Assembly (NCBI GenBank): GCA_963693055.1
Contig: OY843751.1
Coordinates: forward strand, 832,001-896,000
Reading direction: 5' to 3'
From: a bacterium
GTDB lineage: Bacteria > Zhuqueibacterota > Zhuqueibacteria > Residuimicrobiales > Krinioviventaceae
Length of the DNA stretch: 64,000 bases
Part shown: positions 28,028 through 38,698 of the stretch, piece after piece
Layout of the letters: each line of letters opens with the position of its first letter
How positions within the stretch are numbered: position 1 is the first letter of the stretch
Notes under the pieces: model-generated
Database searches by the model: none
Told to the model about the DNA's origin: nothing
The model's input: the letters and a program-made list of their open reading frames with translations, nothing else
Translations under genes and position numbers: made by a program

Positions 28028-29275
28028 ATGTGCAGAGATTATAATAATATGTCTTTAATTGGTGTTTTTTCAAAAAGTTTTATTGCCGAGGGTATAGTTG
28101 TTTTTGTTGGATTCATTAACAGTATAATTATTACTCGTGCACTGGGTGTAGAAGGTAGAGGCCAGTACTCTTTGGCAATGACAATCATTACTATTTCCGC
28201 CCTGGTATTGGGAGATGGTCTTTGCCGTAATAATACTTTTCTTACCAGCAAAGATAAAAAGCTGGTTTCTCCACTTTTTGGCAATTTATTATTATACTTT
28301 TTTTTTCTGGCTATATTAATGGCTGCAGCAGGTGTTTGGGGACTCCCGATTTTTCATATCGCTGTACCGGGTTTGTCAAACAAGCTGATTTGGTTGTCTG
28401 TTGCGGTTGTTCCGTTTTATATTACTATCCGCAGTATGAATTCAATATTTTTGGGTTTACAGGATTATAATCGTTATAATTTTTTTCTGGCATTGCCGTT
28501 TATATTCTATCTGCTGATAAATATCTGTATATATTTTTTTGCTACAGTAACACCTGAACTGGTTTTGACTGGTTATAATGCTTCCATGATATTGGTATTT
28601 GTTTTGATCCTTTATCTTTTTATTGCAAAATATAAAGCATCAAAACCAGATACCGCATTATTAAAAAAGAGTTTAAATTATTCAACCAAAGCGGCTGTTT
28701 CTCATATTTCTTTGTTTTTGTTATTCCGGGTTGATATTATTCTGATTAATTTATTGATAGGAGTAAAGGGCGCAGGATTGTACTCTATATCTGTCATGAT
28801 AGCTGAGTTGATGCAAAAACTTGCCAATACATCTGGAAATGTGATTTTTCCCAAGTTAACCGGTGAGAATACAAAGCAAAAACAGCAGTTAACAATGCGG
28901 GTATTTGCATTTGTTATGATTGTCAGTGTTGTTGTGGCTGTATTTATTTTGCTTTGGGGTAACGAATTTATTGTTTTGTTGTTTAAAAAAGATTTTTCAG
29001 ATTCCGCTTTGCCTTTGTACTGGCTTCTGCCAGGTGCAGTTATTATGACTGGTGCCAAAGTTATAAAATTCTCGTTATGGGCACAGGGATTCCCCTGGAT
29101 AACCATAACTGCTCCGGTTTCTGCTTTGATTTTAAACATTACATTGAATCTGATACTCATTCCCCGTTTGGGTATTGTTGGTGCTGCAATTGCAACCAGT
29201 TGTTCGTTTATTGTTTATAGTATTATGATTGTGGGTTATTATTTTACCCGATTTTACCGGAAAGCTCTAGTATGA
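28028..29275 (+). CDS. Wzx flippase (3)
   Basis: IITRALGVEGRGQY, RVDI, AGLYS, NITLNLILIPRLGIVGAAIATS. Confidence 0.85.
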   Translation: MCRDYNNMSLIGVFSKSFIAEGIVVFVGFINSIIITRALGVEGRGQYSLAMTIITISALVLGDGLCRNNTFLTSKDKKLVSPLFGNLLLYFFFLAILMAAAGVWGLPIFHIAVPGLSNKLIWLSVAVVPFYITIRSMNSIFLGLQDYNRYNFFLALPFIFYLLINICIYFFATVTPELVLTGYNASMILVFVLILYLFIAKYKASKPDTALLKKSLNYSTKAAVSHISLFLLFRVDIILINLLIGVKGAGLYSISVMIAELMQKLANTSGNVIFPKLTGENTKQKQQLTMRVFAFVMIVSVVVAVFILLWGNEFIVLLFKKDFSDSALPLYWLLPGAVIMTGAKVIKFSLWAQGFPWITITAPVSALILNITLNLILIPRLGIVGAAIATSCSFIVYSIMIVGYYFTRFYRKALV

Positions 29276-30492
29276 GAATTTTATATATTACACAATACTT
29301 TCCCCCAGAGGTAGGAGCTACTCAAACCCGTGCTTTGGAAATGACAACCAATCTGGTAAAACAGGGACACCAGGTAACGGTATTGACTGAATTCCCAAAT
29401 CATCCCGTTGGCATTATTCCACCGGAATATAAAGGTAAATGGGTAACTGTTGAAAAGTGGCGGGGTATGGATGTGATCCGTACCTGGGTTTATGCACGTC
29501 AGGAAAAGAACTTTAAAACCCGTATGGGATTTTATCTTAGTTTTATGGCAACATCTGCAATTGCGGGTTCATACATGTTGCCCGAGTATGATATTGTGTA
29601 TACAACCTCACCACCTTTTTTTGTAGGCTTGACTGGTTATTGGTTGAGTCGGTTAAAAAATGCAAAGTTTATTTTTGAAGTGCGTGATCTTTGGCCAGAT
29701 TCCGCGGTACAGTTGGGTGAATTGACCAATCGTACTTTAATACGTTGGGCTGAAAAGTTGGAGACTTTATATTATAATAAAGCAGAACGTATTATAACGG
29801 TTACACAGGGGATTAAGAACAGTCTGACTGAACGAGGTTATGGAGAAAAAACCGAGCTGGTACTTAATGGTACCAATACCGATCTTTTTAAAAATATGGG
29901 ACCCGGAATGAAAAATAAACTGGGCCTTGAGAATAAATTTATTGTGTTATATGCGGGAATTATTGGTATAGCTCAGGGACTGGAACAAATTTGCGATGTT
30001 GCTGAACAATTGCAAGATCAACCGGATATTGCATTTGTTTTGATTGGTGAGGGACCTGTTAAGCATAAAATTGAAAAAATAAAACAGGAAAAATATCTAA
30101 AAAATCTTATATTAATGGATCAGGTCCCCAGAGACGATATACCGCTATATATTTCAATGGCAGATTGCTGCCTGGTTCCCCTGAAAAAGAATGATTTGTT
30201 TAAAGGCGCTTTGCCATCCAAGATGTTTGATTATATGGCATGTGAAAAACCGGTTATACTCAGTGTGGATGGTGAAGCACGGACAGTACTTGAACGCTCA
30301 GGAGCTGGTATATTTGTAGAGCCTGAGAATCGAAAGGATATGATCTCTGCCATCCTTTCTCTGAAATCCGGTTCTGTTGATGGAAAGTCAATGGGACTAT
30401 TGGGAAGAGTGTTTGTTGAAAAAGGGTATTCAAGAAAACAGCAGGCACTCGAGTTGTTGAGTATCCTTGAGAAAATCGTCCGAAATCAATAG
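29272..30492 (+). CDS. GT4 glycosyltransferase (WbuB-like)
   Basis: ITQYFPPEVGA, TSPPFF, FEVRDLWPDS, YAG.IG.AQGLE, PSKMFDYMA. Confidence 0.9.
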   Translation: MRILYITQYFPPEVGATQTRALEMTTNLVKQGHQVTVLTEFPNHPVGIIPPEYKGKWVTVEKWRGMDVIRTWVYARQEKNFKTRMGFYLSFMATSAIAGSYMLPEYDIVYTTSPPFFVGLTGYWLSRLKNAKFIFEVRDLWPDSAVQLGELTNRTLIRWAEKLETLYYNKAERIITVTQGIKNSLTERGYGEKTELVLNGTNTDLFKNMGPGMKNKLGLENKFIVLYAGIIGIAQGLEQICDVAEQLQDQPDIAFVLIGEGPVKHKIEKIKQEKYLKNLILMDQVPRDDIPLYISMADCCLVPLKKNDLFKGALPSKMFDYMACEKPVILSVDGEARTVLERSGAGIFVEPENRKDMISAILSLKSGSVDGKSMGLLGRVFVEKGYSRKQQALELLSILEKIVRNQ

Positions 30493-30508
30493 GATCAGGA
30501 GATTTCAA

Positions 30509-31606
30509 ATGCGTTATTTTTTGTATGGTACAGTTGCTTTAGAAGCGTTTTTAATCGCACTTTTCATTGTGCCTATTATACGTAAATTGGCCATTTCATG
30601 GAATGTAGTAGATAAACCGGGTGAACGTAAAATTCATTATACCCCCAAAGCATTGATGGGTGGTGTTGGTATTTTTACCGCGTTTTATGTTACGGTTTTG
30701 GTAAATGTAATTGGTTTTTATCTTTTGTATCATACATCATTTGTTCAGTCACACTTGCAAACCATTGTGAGAGTTGCCCCTATGCTGGACCAGGTTGTAC
30801 CCAAACTTGTTGTAATACTGGGTGGCGGGGCTGTTATTCACATGTTGGGTATTTTGGATGATATCCTCAAAGAGAAATTGACCTATAAACCCAAATTTAT
30901 TGTACAGATTGTTGTAGCGCTTGTTGTTTCTCTGATGGGAGTGCGAACTCACTTTATGCCTGGTACTGCTTTGGATGTCTTTGTTACAACTATATGGATT
31001 GTGGGTGTTACAAACAGCTTTAATCTGCTGGATAATATGGATGGTTTGACAGCCGGAGTTTCGGTTATTGCGGCCTTGTTTTTATTTGTTATTGCTGTTT
31101 TGCAGGGACAGATATTTTTTGCCTTTATGCTTGCAGCGTTAATAGGTGCCTGTTTGGGATTTTTACCCTATAATTTTAATCCCGCAAAATTATTTATGGG
31201 TGACAGTGGAAGCCTGTTTTTAGGGTATATTTTTGCAACCTTGACGGTAACAGGCTCATATGTTGTACCTACAAGCCAGACCCATATACCTATCATGATC
31301 CCGATTCTGATACTTTCTATTCCGCTATATGATACTTTTTCGGTAATGTTTATAAGGTGGCGCGAAAAACGGCCGCTATTTCTGGGAGACAAGCGCCATT
31401 TCTCCCACCGATTGCATGCACTTGGCATGAGCCAACGTCAAGCGGTAACCTTTATTTATCTTGTTGGTTTATGTGTAGGTGGTGTTGCTACACTTTTACC
31501 GTATATCTCTTTAATCGGAAATGTTGTTGTTCTGGTTCAGATAATTATTATATATATAATAATAACCTTTTTAATAGTTATAGGAAAACAAAATCAAAAT
31601 TCTTGA
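30509..31606 (+). CDS. wecA: Undecaprenyl-phosphate GlcNAc-1-phosphate transferase (WecA/MraY family)
   Basis: DKPGERKIH..P...GG, GILDD, TNSFNLLDNMDGL, NFNPAKLFMGDSGS, DKRHFSHRL. RBS AGGAG before ATG 30509. Confidence 0.88.
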   Translation: MRYFLYGTVALEAFLIALFIVPIIRKLAISWNVVDKPGERKIHYTPKALMGGVGIFTAFYVTVLVNVIGFYLLYHTSFVQSHLQTIVRVAPMLDQVVPKLVVILGGGAVIHMLGILDDILKEKLTYKPKFIVQIVVALVVSLMGVRTHFMPGTALDVFVTTIWIVGVTNSFNLLDNMDGLTAGVSVIAALFLFVIAVLQGQIFFAFMLAALIGACLGFLPYNFNPAKLFMGDSGSLFLGYIFATLTVTGSYVVPTSQTHIPIMIPILILSIPLYDTFSVMFIRWREKRPLFLGDKRHFSHRLHALGMSQRQAVTFIYLVGLCVGGVATLLPYISLIGNVVVLVQIIIIYIIITFLIVIGKQNQNS

Positions 31607-31630
31607 TGTAATATTTCTCAGGAGGAAAAT

Positions 31631-32605
31631 TTGAGAGCGTTAATAACTGGCGGTGCAGGCTTTATTGGTTCGCACCTTGCAGAAAAATTGTTGGAGAGAG
31701 GGGACAGTGTTTGTGTTATAGATGATCTGTCTACAGGTCGATTGGAAAATGTTAACCATTTACGAGACAATCCGAATTTTAGCCTGGTAATAGAGACGAT
31801 TCTAAACGAAACGGTAATGGACCGCCTGGTAAGTGAATGCGATGTAATCTATCATTTGGCGGCAGCTGTGGGTGTAGAGCTGATTGTTAAAAGCCCGGTA
31901 GAAACAATCGAAAGAAATATTCTGGGTACAGATGTTGTACTCCGGTTATCAAATCGATATTTACGTAAAGTATTGATCACTTCTACTTCAGAGATATATG
32001 GTAAAAGTGAATCTGTACCCTTTAAAGAAGAAGATGACCGTGTGTTGGGACCCACAACCAAAAGCCGTTGGAGCTATTCAAGCTCTAAGGCAATTGATGA
32101 GTTTTTGGCACTTGCTTACCATAAAGAGAAAAATCTTCAGACTGTTATTATGCGTTTGTTCAATACAGTGGGGCCACGTCAAACCGGTCAATATGGAATG
32201 GTAATTCCACGGTTTGTAAAACAAGCGCTGACCAACCAGCCATTAACCGTTTATGGTGACGGATTACAGTATCGCTGCTTTACCTATGTTGATGATGTTG
32301 TTGCCGCTTCTATTAAATTGATGGAAACACCTGAAGCTATTGGTGAAGTCTTAAACATTGGTAATGATATTGGTATCTCAATTCATGATCTTGCGGTTAA
32401 GATTATTGAAATGACAGGCTCCAAATCGGTAATCAATAATATCCCATATGATCAGGCATATGAGCAGGGATTTGAGGATATGAAAATCCGCAGACCCGAT
32501 TTGAGCAAAGCCAACAAGTATATCGGATACACCCCCAAGGTGCAGTTGGATGAAATTCTTGAAAATGTGATCAAATATTTCCGAGAAAACGAGAATATAC
32601 TGTAA
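31631..32605 (+). CDS. NAD-dependent nucleotide-sugar epimerase/dehydratase (SDR)
   Basis: ITGGAGFIGSHL, HLAAAVGV, STSEIYG, YSSSK, RLFNTVGPRQ. AGGAGG RBS with TTG start. Confidence 0.92.
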   Translation: MRALITGGAGFIGSHLAEKLLERGDSVCVIDDLSTGRLENVNHLRDNPNFSLVIETILNETVMDRLVSECDVIYHLAAAVGVELIVKSPVETIERNILGTDVVLRLSNRYLRKVLITSTSEIYGKSESVPFKEEDDRVLGPTTKSRWSYSSSKAIDEFLALAYHKEKNLQTVIMRLFNTVGPRQTGQYGMVIPRFVKQALTNQPLTVYGDGLQYRCFTYVDDVVAASIKLMETPEAIGEVLNIGNDIGISIHDLAVKIIEMTGSKSVINNIPYDQAYEQGFEDMKIRRPDLSKANKYIGYTPKVQLDEILENVIKYFRENENIL

Positions 32606-32639
32606 ATTTGAAAAAACATGCCGAAATATGCAATAGCGC

Positions 32640-32950
32640 AATGTGGATAACTTGTCAATAAATTGATTTTTTTAAAGTCAAGAGTTTTTGTCAGAAAAAT
32701 TACCAATCATTTTTTAAATTACAGGCCGTTAAACCTGTGTTAAGTGATTGTTAATATTGGATAACCTTGTAAGGTGTTGTTAAATATCGACTTGCGATAC
32801 CGAACGTTTGTTCGGATTACATTTTTGTTGCAAAATTTTGAAAAAGTACTTGAATACGCTTGATTTTATTATAAATGTTACAATTTGGAACTTAAAAGTT
32901 TCGTAAAATGCTTGCTAAAAATGTGGATAACTTGGGGATATCGTGGATGA
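32640..32950. promoter_or_regulatory. Intergenic DnaA-box cluster
   Basis: Perfect TGTGGATAA at 32642-32650 and 32922-32930, each inside an identical AATGTGGATAACTTG 15-mer and followed by degenerate boxes (TGTCAATAA; TGGGGATAT, CGTGGATGA). Confidence 0.6.
32800..32815. promoter_or_regulatory. Palindrome CCGAAC-N4-GTTCGG (resembles Gram-positive-type LexA box)
   Basis: CCGAACGTTTGTTCGG has perfect 6-bp arms and the GAAC-N4-GTTC core. Confidence 0.35.
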
Positions 32951-32993
32951 GTTGGTTGATGGTTGCATCTGTTTATCATAATTTGAACGCAGA

Positions 32994-34514
32994 TTGGATG
33001 ATTTTATTATGGTTATGAGCGATTTGATCTATCTTTTTGTTTTTTTTATGATTTTATTCGGCCTGGTAATGACTGCAGATTTTATTAGAAAACGGCTTGG
33101 CTGGCCTCCGGAATCGACACGCAAGTTTGTTCATATTTTTGTGGGAATTGTGGTTGTTTATACTCCATTTGTTTTAAGCAGTATGTGGCCCATGATTATA
33201 CTTGGCAGCTTGTTTGCGGTACTTGATTTGATTGCAGTGAATAAAACCTGGTTCACAGGTATGCATGGCACCAAGCGGCATTCATACGGAACTGTTTTTT
33301 ATCCTGTTTCTTTTGTTGTGTTGGTTTACTTTTTTTGGGAACGCGACCAACTCGTATTGATAACGGCGATGATGATCATGGCGGTTGCGGATGCTCTGGC
33401 CGCAATTGTGGGAGAGCGTTTAGGAAAATCAACATTGATGGATATTGGGCTCGAAAAAAAGTCATGGGCCGGAACCATTACCATGATGCTAACTTCAGCA
33501 GCAATTACCTGGTTGTGTATCCATTTTGTTGGTTATCTGAGTCCGGCTGTTGTTTTACCAATGCAAATGATCTGGATCGCTTTAATGGTCGGAACAGTGG
33601 CTGCAGCTTGTGAAATGATTTCTTTGAACGGTTCTGATAATCTTACCGTACCTTTAGGCACAGCGTTTGTGCTTGAATACCTGCTGTACAATAGTCAATC
33701 TTATATGATGCATTTTGCATTAGGAATGGTGCTGGCGTTGATAGTCGCGCTGTTGTCTTTTCGGTTCAAATTTCTTGATGCGGGTGGTTCTGTAGGTACT
33801 TTTCTTTTGGGAACACTGGTTTTTGGAATTGGTGGGTGGAGTTTTACTTTACCTATATTAACATTTTTTGTATTATCCAGTTTAATTTCAAAAATAGGCA
33901 AACGCAGAAAACAAAAGCTGTTACAGGTTTTTGAAAAAAGCGGTCAAAGAGATATATGGCAGGTGCTAGCCAATGGAGGTGTGCCGGGACTGCTGGTTAT
34001 CGTGTGGAGTTATTATCCGCACGATCTGGTATATCTGTTTTATGTCGGTGCACTGGCTGCGGTAATGGCAGACACCTGGAGTACGGAAATTGGTGTTTTG
34101 TCAAAACAGGAACCTGTCTCTGTTATAACGTTTAAAAAAGTAGATATGGGAACTTCGGGCGGAATTACCCTGTTAGGCACAGTGGGAGGATTGCTGGGTG
34201 CGTCGATCCTGGTGTTTACAGGTTGGCTTAGCGGACCGCATTCATCACCAGCTATTGTAGGTGGACGAGAAGTTGTTATTCTGGTTGCAGCAGGTCTGCT
34301 GGCTGGTTTGATTGACAGCGTTTTGGGTGCAACGGTTCAGGCTAAATTCAAGTGTGTCGAATGCAAAAAGATTACTGAAAAAAAAGTGCATTGTAATAAT
34401 ATAGCCACTCAACACGACAGTGGATACAGATGGATCAACAATGATGTTGTAAATTTATTCTGCGCAATCAGCAGTTCAGGATTTATCCTGCTCTTTTGGT
34501 TGTTACTATATTGA
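32994..34514 (+). CDS. Fusion: phytol/dolichol-kinase-like domain + DUF92 (TMEM19) domain
   Basis: TRKFVHIFVG, SYGTVFYP, ADALAAIVG, KKSWAG, GSDNLTVP (kinase-like); RDIWQVLANGG, ADTWSTEIG, GTSGGITLLG, DSVLGATVQA, NNDVVN (DUF92). Confidence 0.82.
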   Translation: MDDFIMVMSDLIYLFVFFMILFGLVMTADFIRKRLGWPPESTRKFVHIFVGIVVVYTPFVLSSMWPMIILGSLFAVLDLIAVNKTWFTGMHGTKRHSYGTVFYPVSFVVLVYFFWERDQLVLITAMMIMAVADALAAIVGERLGKSTLMDIGLEKKSWAGTITMMLTSAAITWLCIHFVGYLSPAVVLPMQMIWIALMVGTVAAACEMISLNGSDNLTVPLGTAFVLEYLLYNSQSYMMHFALGMVLALIVALLSFRFKFLDAGGSVGTFLLGTLVFGIGGWSFTLPILTFFVLSSLISKIGKRRKQKLLQVFEKSGQRDIWQVLANGGVPGLLVIVWSYYPHDLVYLFYVGALAAVMADTWSTEIGVLSKQEPVSVITFKKVDMGTSGGITLLGTVGGLLGASILVFTGWLSGPHSSPAIVGGREVVILVAAGLLAGLIDSVLGATVQAKFKCVECKKITEKKVHCNNIATQHDSGYRWINNDVVNLFCAISSSGFILLFWLLLY

Positions 34515-34608
34515 AATAATGTGACAATTTTTTCTCTTTTTCTTTTCATAAAAACATGTTATATTAGATTTTTAATATATTTTAGATATATGAATAATAA
34601 AATAATGA

Positions 34609-35922
<1,314 letters not shown>

Positions 35923-35937
35923 TATTTGTTATTTATG

Positions 35938-35962
35938 GCCCTGGGAATTTCCCAGGGCTTTT
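35938..35962 (+). terminator. Rho-independent terminator after eno
   Basis: GCCCTGGGAA-T-TTCCCAGGGC hairpin followed by TTTT. Confidence 0.8.
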
Positions 35963-35982
35963 AATTTAAACGATAAAGTGAT

Positions 35983-36285
35983 ATGAGAGTACCGTATTCA
36001 GACAAATTGCAAGCTATTCTCAAACCTTCAGTGTTATATTGGGGTATAATACTGACAATCGTTTATTCTTTTGTTTTTGGTAACACCGGGTTTATAAAGC
36101 TCTATCGATTATGGAATGAAAGCAAACGTTTGGAAAAAGAAATTACTGTTGCTCAAAAACAAAATGAATTTTTAAAGCAGGAGGTTGAGCAGCTATCCGA
36201 TCCTAACGATTTATCACGTATTGAGCTTGAGGCCAGAAAACTGGGGATGGCAGCAAAAGATGAAGTGGTCATTATGGTAAGATAA
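35983..36285 (+). CDS. ftsB: Septum formation initiator (FtsB/DivIC family)
   Basis: TM, FGNTG, coiled coil, IELEAR.LGM..KDE; canonical position after eno. Confidence 0.8.
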   Translation: MRVPYSDKLQAILKPSVLYWGIILTIVYSFVFGNTGFIKLYRLWNESKRLEKEITVAQKQNEFLKQEVEQLSDPNDLSRIELEARKLGMAAKDEVVIMVR

Positions 36286-36312
36286 GACAGTCTGTCGATT
36301 GCAAAGGTCATC

Positions 36313-38235
36313 ATGAAAGGAATTGCCGCATCTAACGTCAAGCCAGTGCATTCTGTTGCTATCGGCTTATTTTTCAAGTGTATGATTGCGGTTTTTTGGT
36401 TTATAGCGGTATCCCCCAATTCAAATTTATTTCCCCAAACAGTTGGTTTACTATATCCCACAGGTAATGGCAGTAGCATCCGTTTTAAGCAGGAATTTAA
36501 TACTTATATCTGGAATTTTAATGTCAATGCTTTTCAAATTGTTCACAATCGATGGCAGTTTAAAATTAGTGAGAATTTTAGAACGTCTCTTTTAAACACC
36601 AGTTCAACCGTGGATAAATGGAAGGACGATCAGACTTTGGATGTAAGGTTGAACTATTTGTTATCTTCTCAATTTACCTTGAATTCACGTGTTAATTCTG
36701 TCGTTTTTATGGACAAACAATCCGGATTTACCAATGATATTCGTACCCATTATGGAAATATCGGATTAACTTATACTCCCACTAATAATATTATGGCTTC
36801 TATCGCTGCCGGTCCCAAATGGGACAAACGCTATGAACAAAATGATCAGGGTTATAATTATTCTATCCACACCCAGGCCATTGATCTCGATTGGGACGAA
36901 TATCAGAACAGTCTTGATTTTGTTTTGGAAAATGAAAAATATGAAAAACGACAAAATTATGACGTGAATTTAAATTATACAGCGTTCCGCGAATTCTCTC
37001 CCGGTACCCGGGATTCTTTGACTGTATTTACCAATAATCAGCGCAGGGACAATTACACTTCTTTTTCAGGTGATATAGAAAGTTTGCGAGAGCAGGTTAG
37101 GGGTATCAATAATACATTAGGTTATAAAATTGGTGACCATGTGACCATGACTTTGAACAGTGGTCTCTATTTTAAAAATGTAGAAATTTTATCTTTTTTG
37201 AATCAAAATGAGGAAAAACGACGTAAAAGGAATGATCAGAGAATCAGTCAGGATGTTTACTGGCATCTCAATTATCCTGGTTTGACAAACTATTTACAGT
37301 TTTCATACTGGACACAGAACCAATCGTATGATATTGAGTTGACAAATACCAATGTGCCTTTTTCACAACGCACGGCTTTTGTAACGCCTGACAATGAGAG
37401 CAGCCGGATTATGATGGTTGGTGGTTTAGGTAAAAGTATAACTAAAAAGGATTCTTTATATTCATATGTATCTATAAGTAAATACCAATATGATACACCA
37501 GATACATCAAATTTTGATGACCGTGATGAATTGCGCATAAACTCAAGAATTATTGCATTTCACAATTTTAATGCTATATTGAGTATGGAACTTCAGGCCA
37601 GTTTAAACTTGTATCATATGGTTTATATCTTTGGTGAAAGAAGTGCAGATAATAATTGGAACCGGATTTTTATGTTAAGACCAGTTTTTCATGTAACGCC
37701 CAATAATAGGTTTAGACTGCGTCAGTCATTTGAAGTACTTGCGAATTATGTGGATTATGATTTTGATGACATGTATACACAAACAAAAAGTTTTGTGTTC
37801 CGCAAGTTTTCTGTTGATGATTCGTTGCAGTACCAGGTATCTCAACGTACGGTGTTCCAAATGGATTATCGTTTGCAGCTGGAAGAAAATGGACAGCTCT
37901 CATGGGATGACTGGACAGAAAGAGTACTGGTTACCCGTAATAAGCAGTGGTTACATGCATTATATGGTTATGAACCCAAAGAGTATTTTACGATAAGCTC
38001 GGGTTACAGCTATTATATTCGGGAAGAATGGCGTCATAATACTACTGTTGAAGGTATAGAAGAAAAGGAAAAATTTGGAGTATATACAAGCCAGGGCCCC
38101 ATTTTAAGGTTCCTATATGCCCCGTCAAAAAGGACCCGGTTAATTCTCGATGCAGTGAGATATAAAGTAAATCCCCCGGATCAGACGGAATATTACATTA
38201 ATAATATAGAGTTACAATTAAACTGGATCTTTTGA
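36313..38235 (+). CDS. Hypothetical outer-membrane beta-barrel protein
   Basis: N-terminal hydrophobic stretch, alternating aromatic/polar strands, C-terminal LQLNWIF. Start uncertain. Confidence 0.55.
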   Translation: MKGIAASNVKPVHSVAIGLFFKCMIAVFWFIAVSPNSNLFPQTVGLLYPTGNGSSIRFKQEFNTYIWNFNVNAFQIVHNRWQFKISENFRTSLLNTSSTVDKWKDDQTLDVRLNYLLSSQFTLNSRVNSVVFMDKQSGFTNDIRTHYGNIGLTYTPTNNIMASIAAGPKWDKRYEQNDQGYNYSIHTQAIDLDWDEYQNSLDFVLENEKYEKRQNYDVNLNYTAFREFSPGTRDSLTVFTNNQRRDNYTSFSGDIESLREQVRGINNTLGYKIGDHVTMTLNSGLYFKNVEILSFLNQNEEKRRKRNDQRISQDVYWHLNYPGLTNYLQFSYWTQNQSYDIELTNTNVPFSQRTAFVTPDNESSRIMMVGGLGKSITKKDSLYSYVSISKYQYDTPDTSNFDDRDELRINSRIIAFHNFNAILSMELQASLNLYHMVYIFGERSADNNWNRIFMLRPVFHVTPNNRFRLRQSFEVLANYVDYDFDDMYTQTKSFVFRKFSVDDSLQYQVSQRTVFQMDYRLQLEENGQLSWDDWTERVLVTRNKQWLHALYGYEPKEYFTISSGYSYYIREEWRHNTTVEGIEEKEKFGVYTSQGPILRFLYAPSKRTRLILDAVRYKVNPPDQTEYYINNIELQLNWIF

Positions 38236-38263
38236 TCTGGTATTTTGACTTGGAGAAACGGGA

Positions 38264-38698
38264 TTGAACAGGAAAAAGGAAAATATTGAGCTGATGGAAA
38301 TCGTCAGTAAACCTGAAAATATTAATCAGGTTGAAGCAAGAACCGAACATCTGGCTAAAGAATTGGGCTTTAATGAAGATGATTGTGTAAGCTTGGGGAT
38401 TGCTGTAACCGAAGTCGTTGCAAATGCAATAACGCATGGCAATAAAAGGGATCAAAACAAAAAAGTTAAAGTTAAATTTGTTTTTACTGACAAGGTTTTC
38501 GAAATACACATCAGAGATCAGGGACCCGGCTTTAAACCGGATTCCATAGATGATCCTTTAAAACCTGAAAATTTGTTAAAAGAAAGTGGACGAGGTATTT
38601 TTATTGTTAGATCTTTGATGGACAAGGTTGAATATAACTTTTTTAAAGATGGTAGTGAAGTTGTCCTAATTAAAAACATTCCTTCCCCCAAAAAGTGA
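38264..38698 (+). CDS. Anti-sigma factor Ser/Thr kinase (RsbW/SpoIIAB-like)
   Basis: AVTEVVANAITHGN, IRDQGPGF, DPL.PENLLKESGRGIFIVRSLMD. Confidence 0.88.
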   Translation: MNRKKENIELMEIVSKPENINQVEARTEHLAKELGFNEDDCVSLGIAVTEVVANAITHGNKRDQNKKVKVKFVFTDKVFEIHIRDQGPGFKPDSIDDPLKPENLLKESGRGIFIVRSLMDKVEYNFFKDGSEVVLIKNIPSPKK

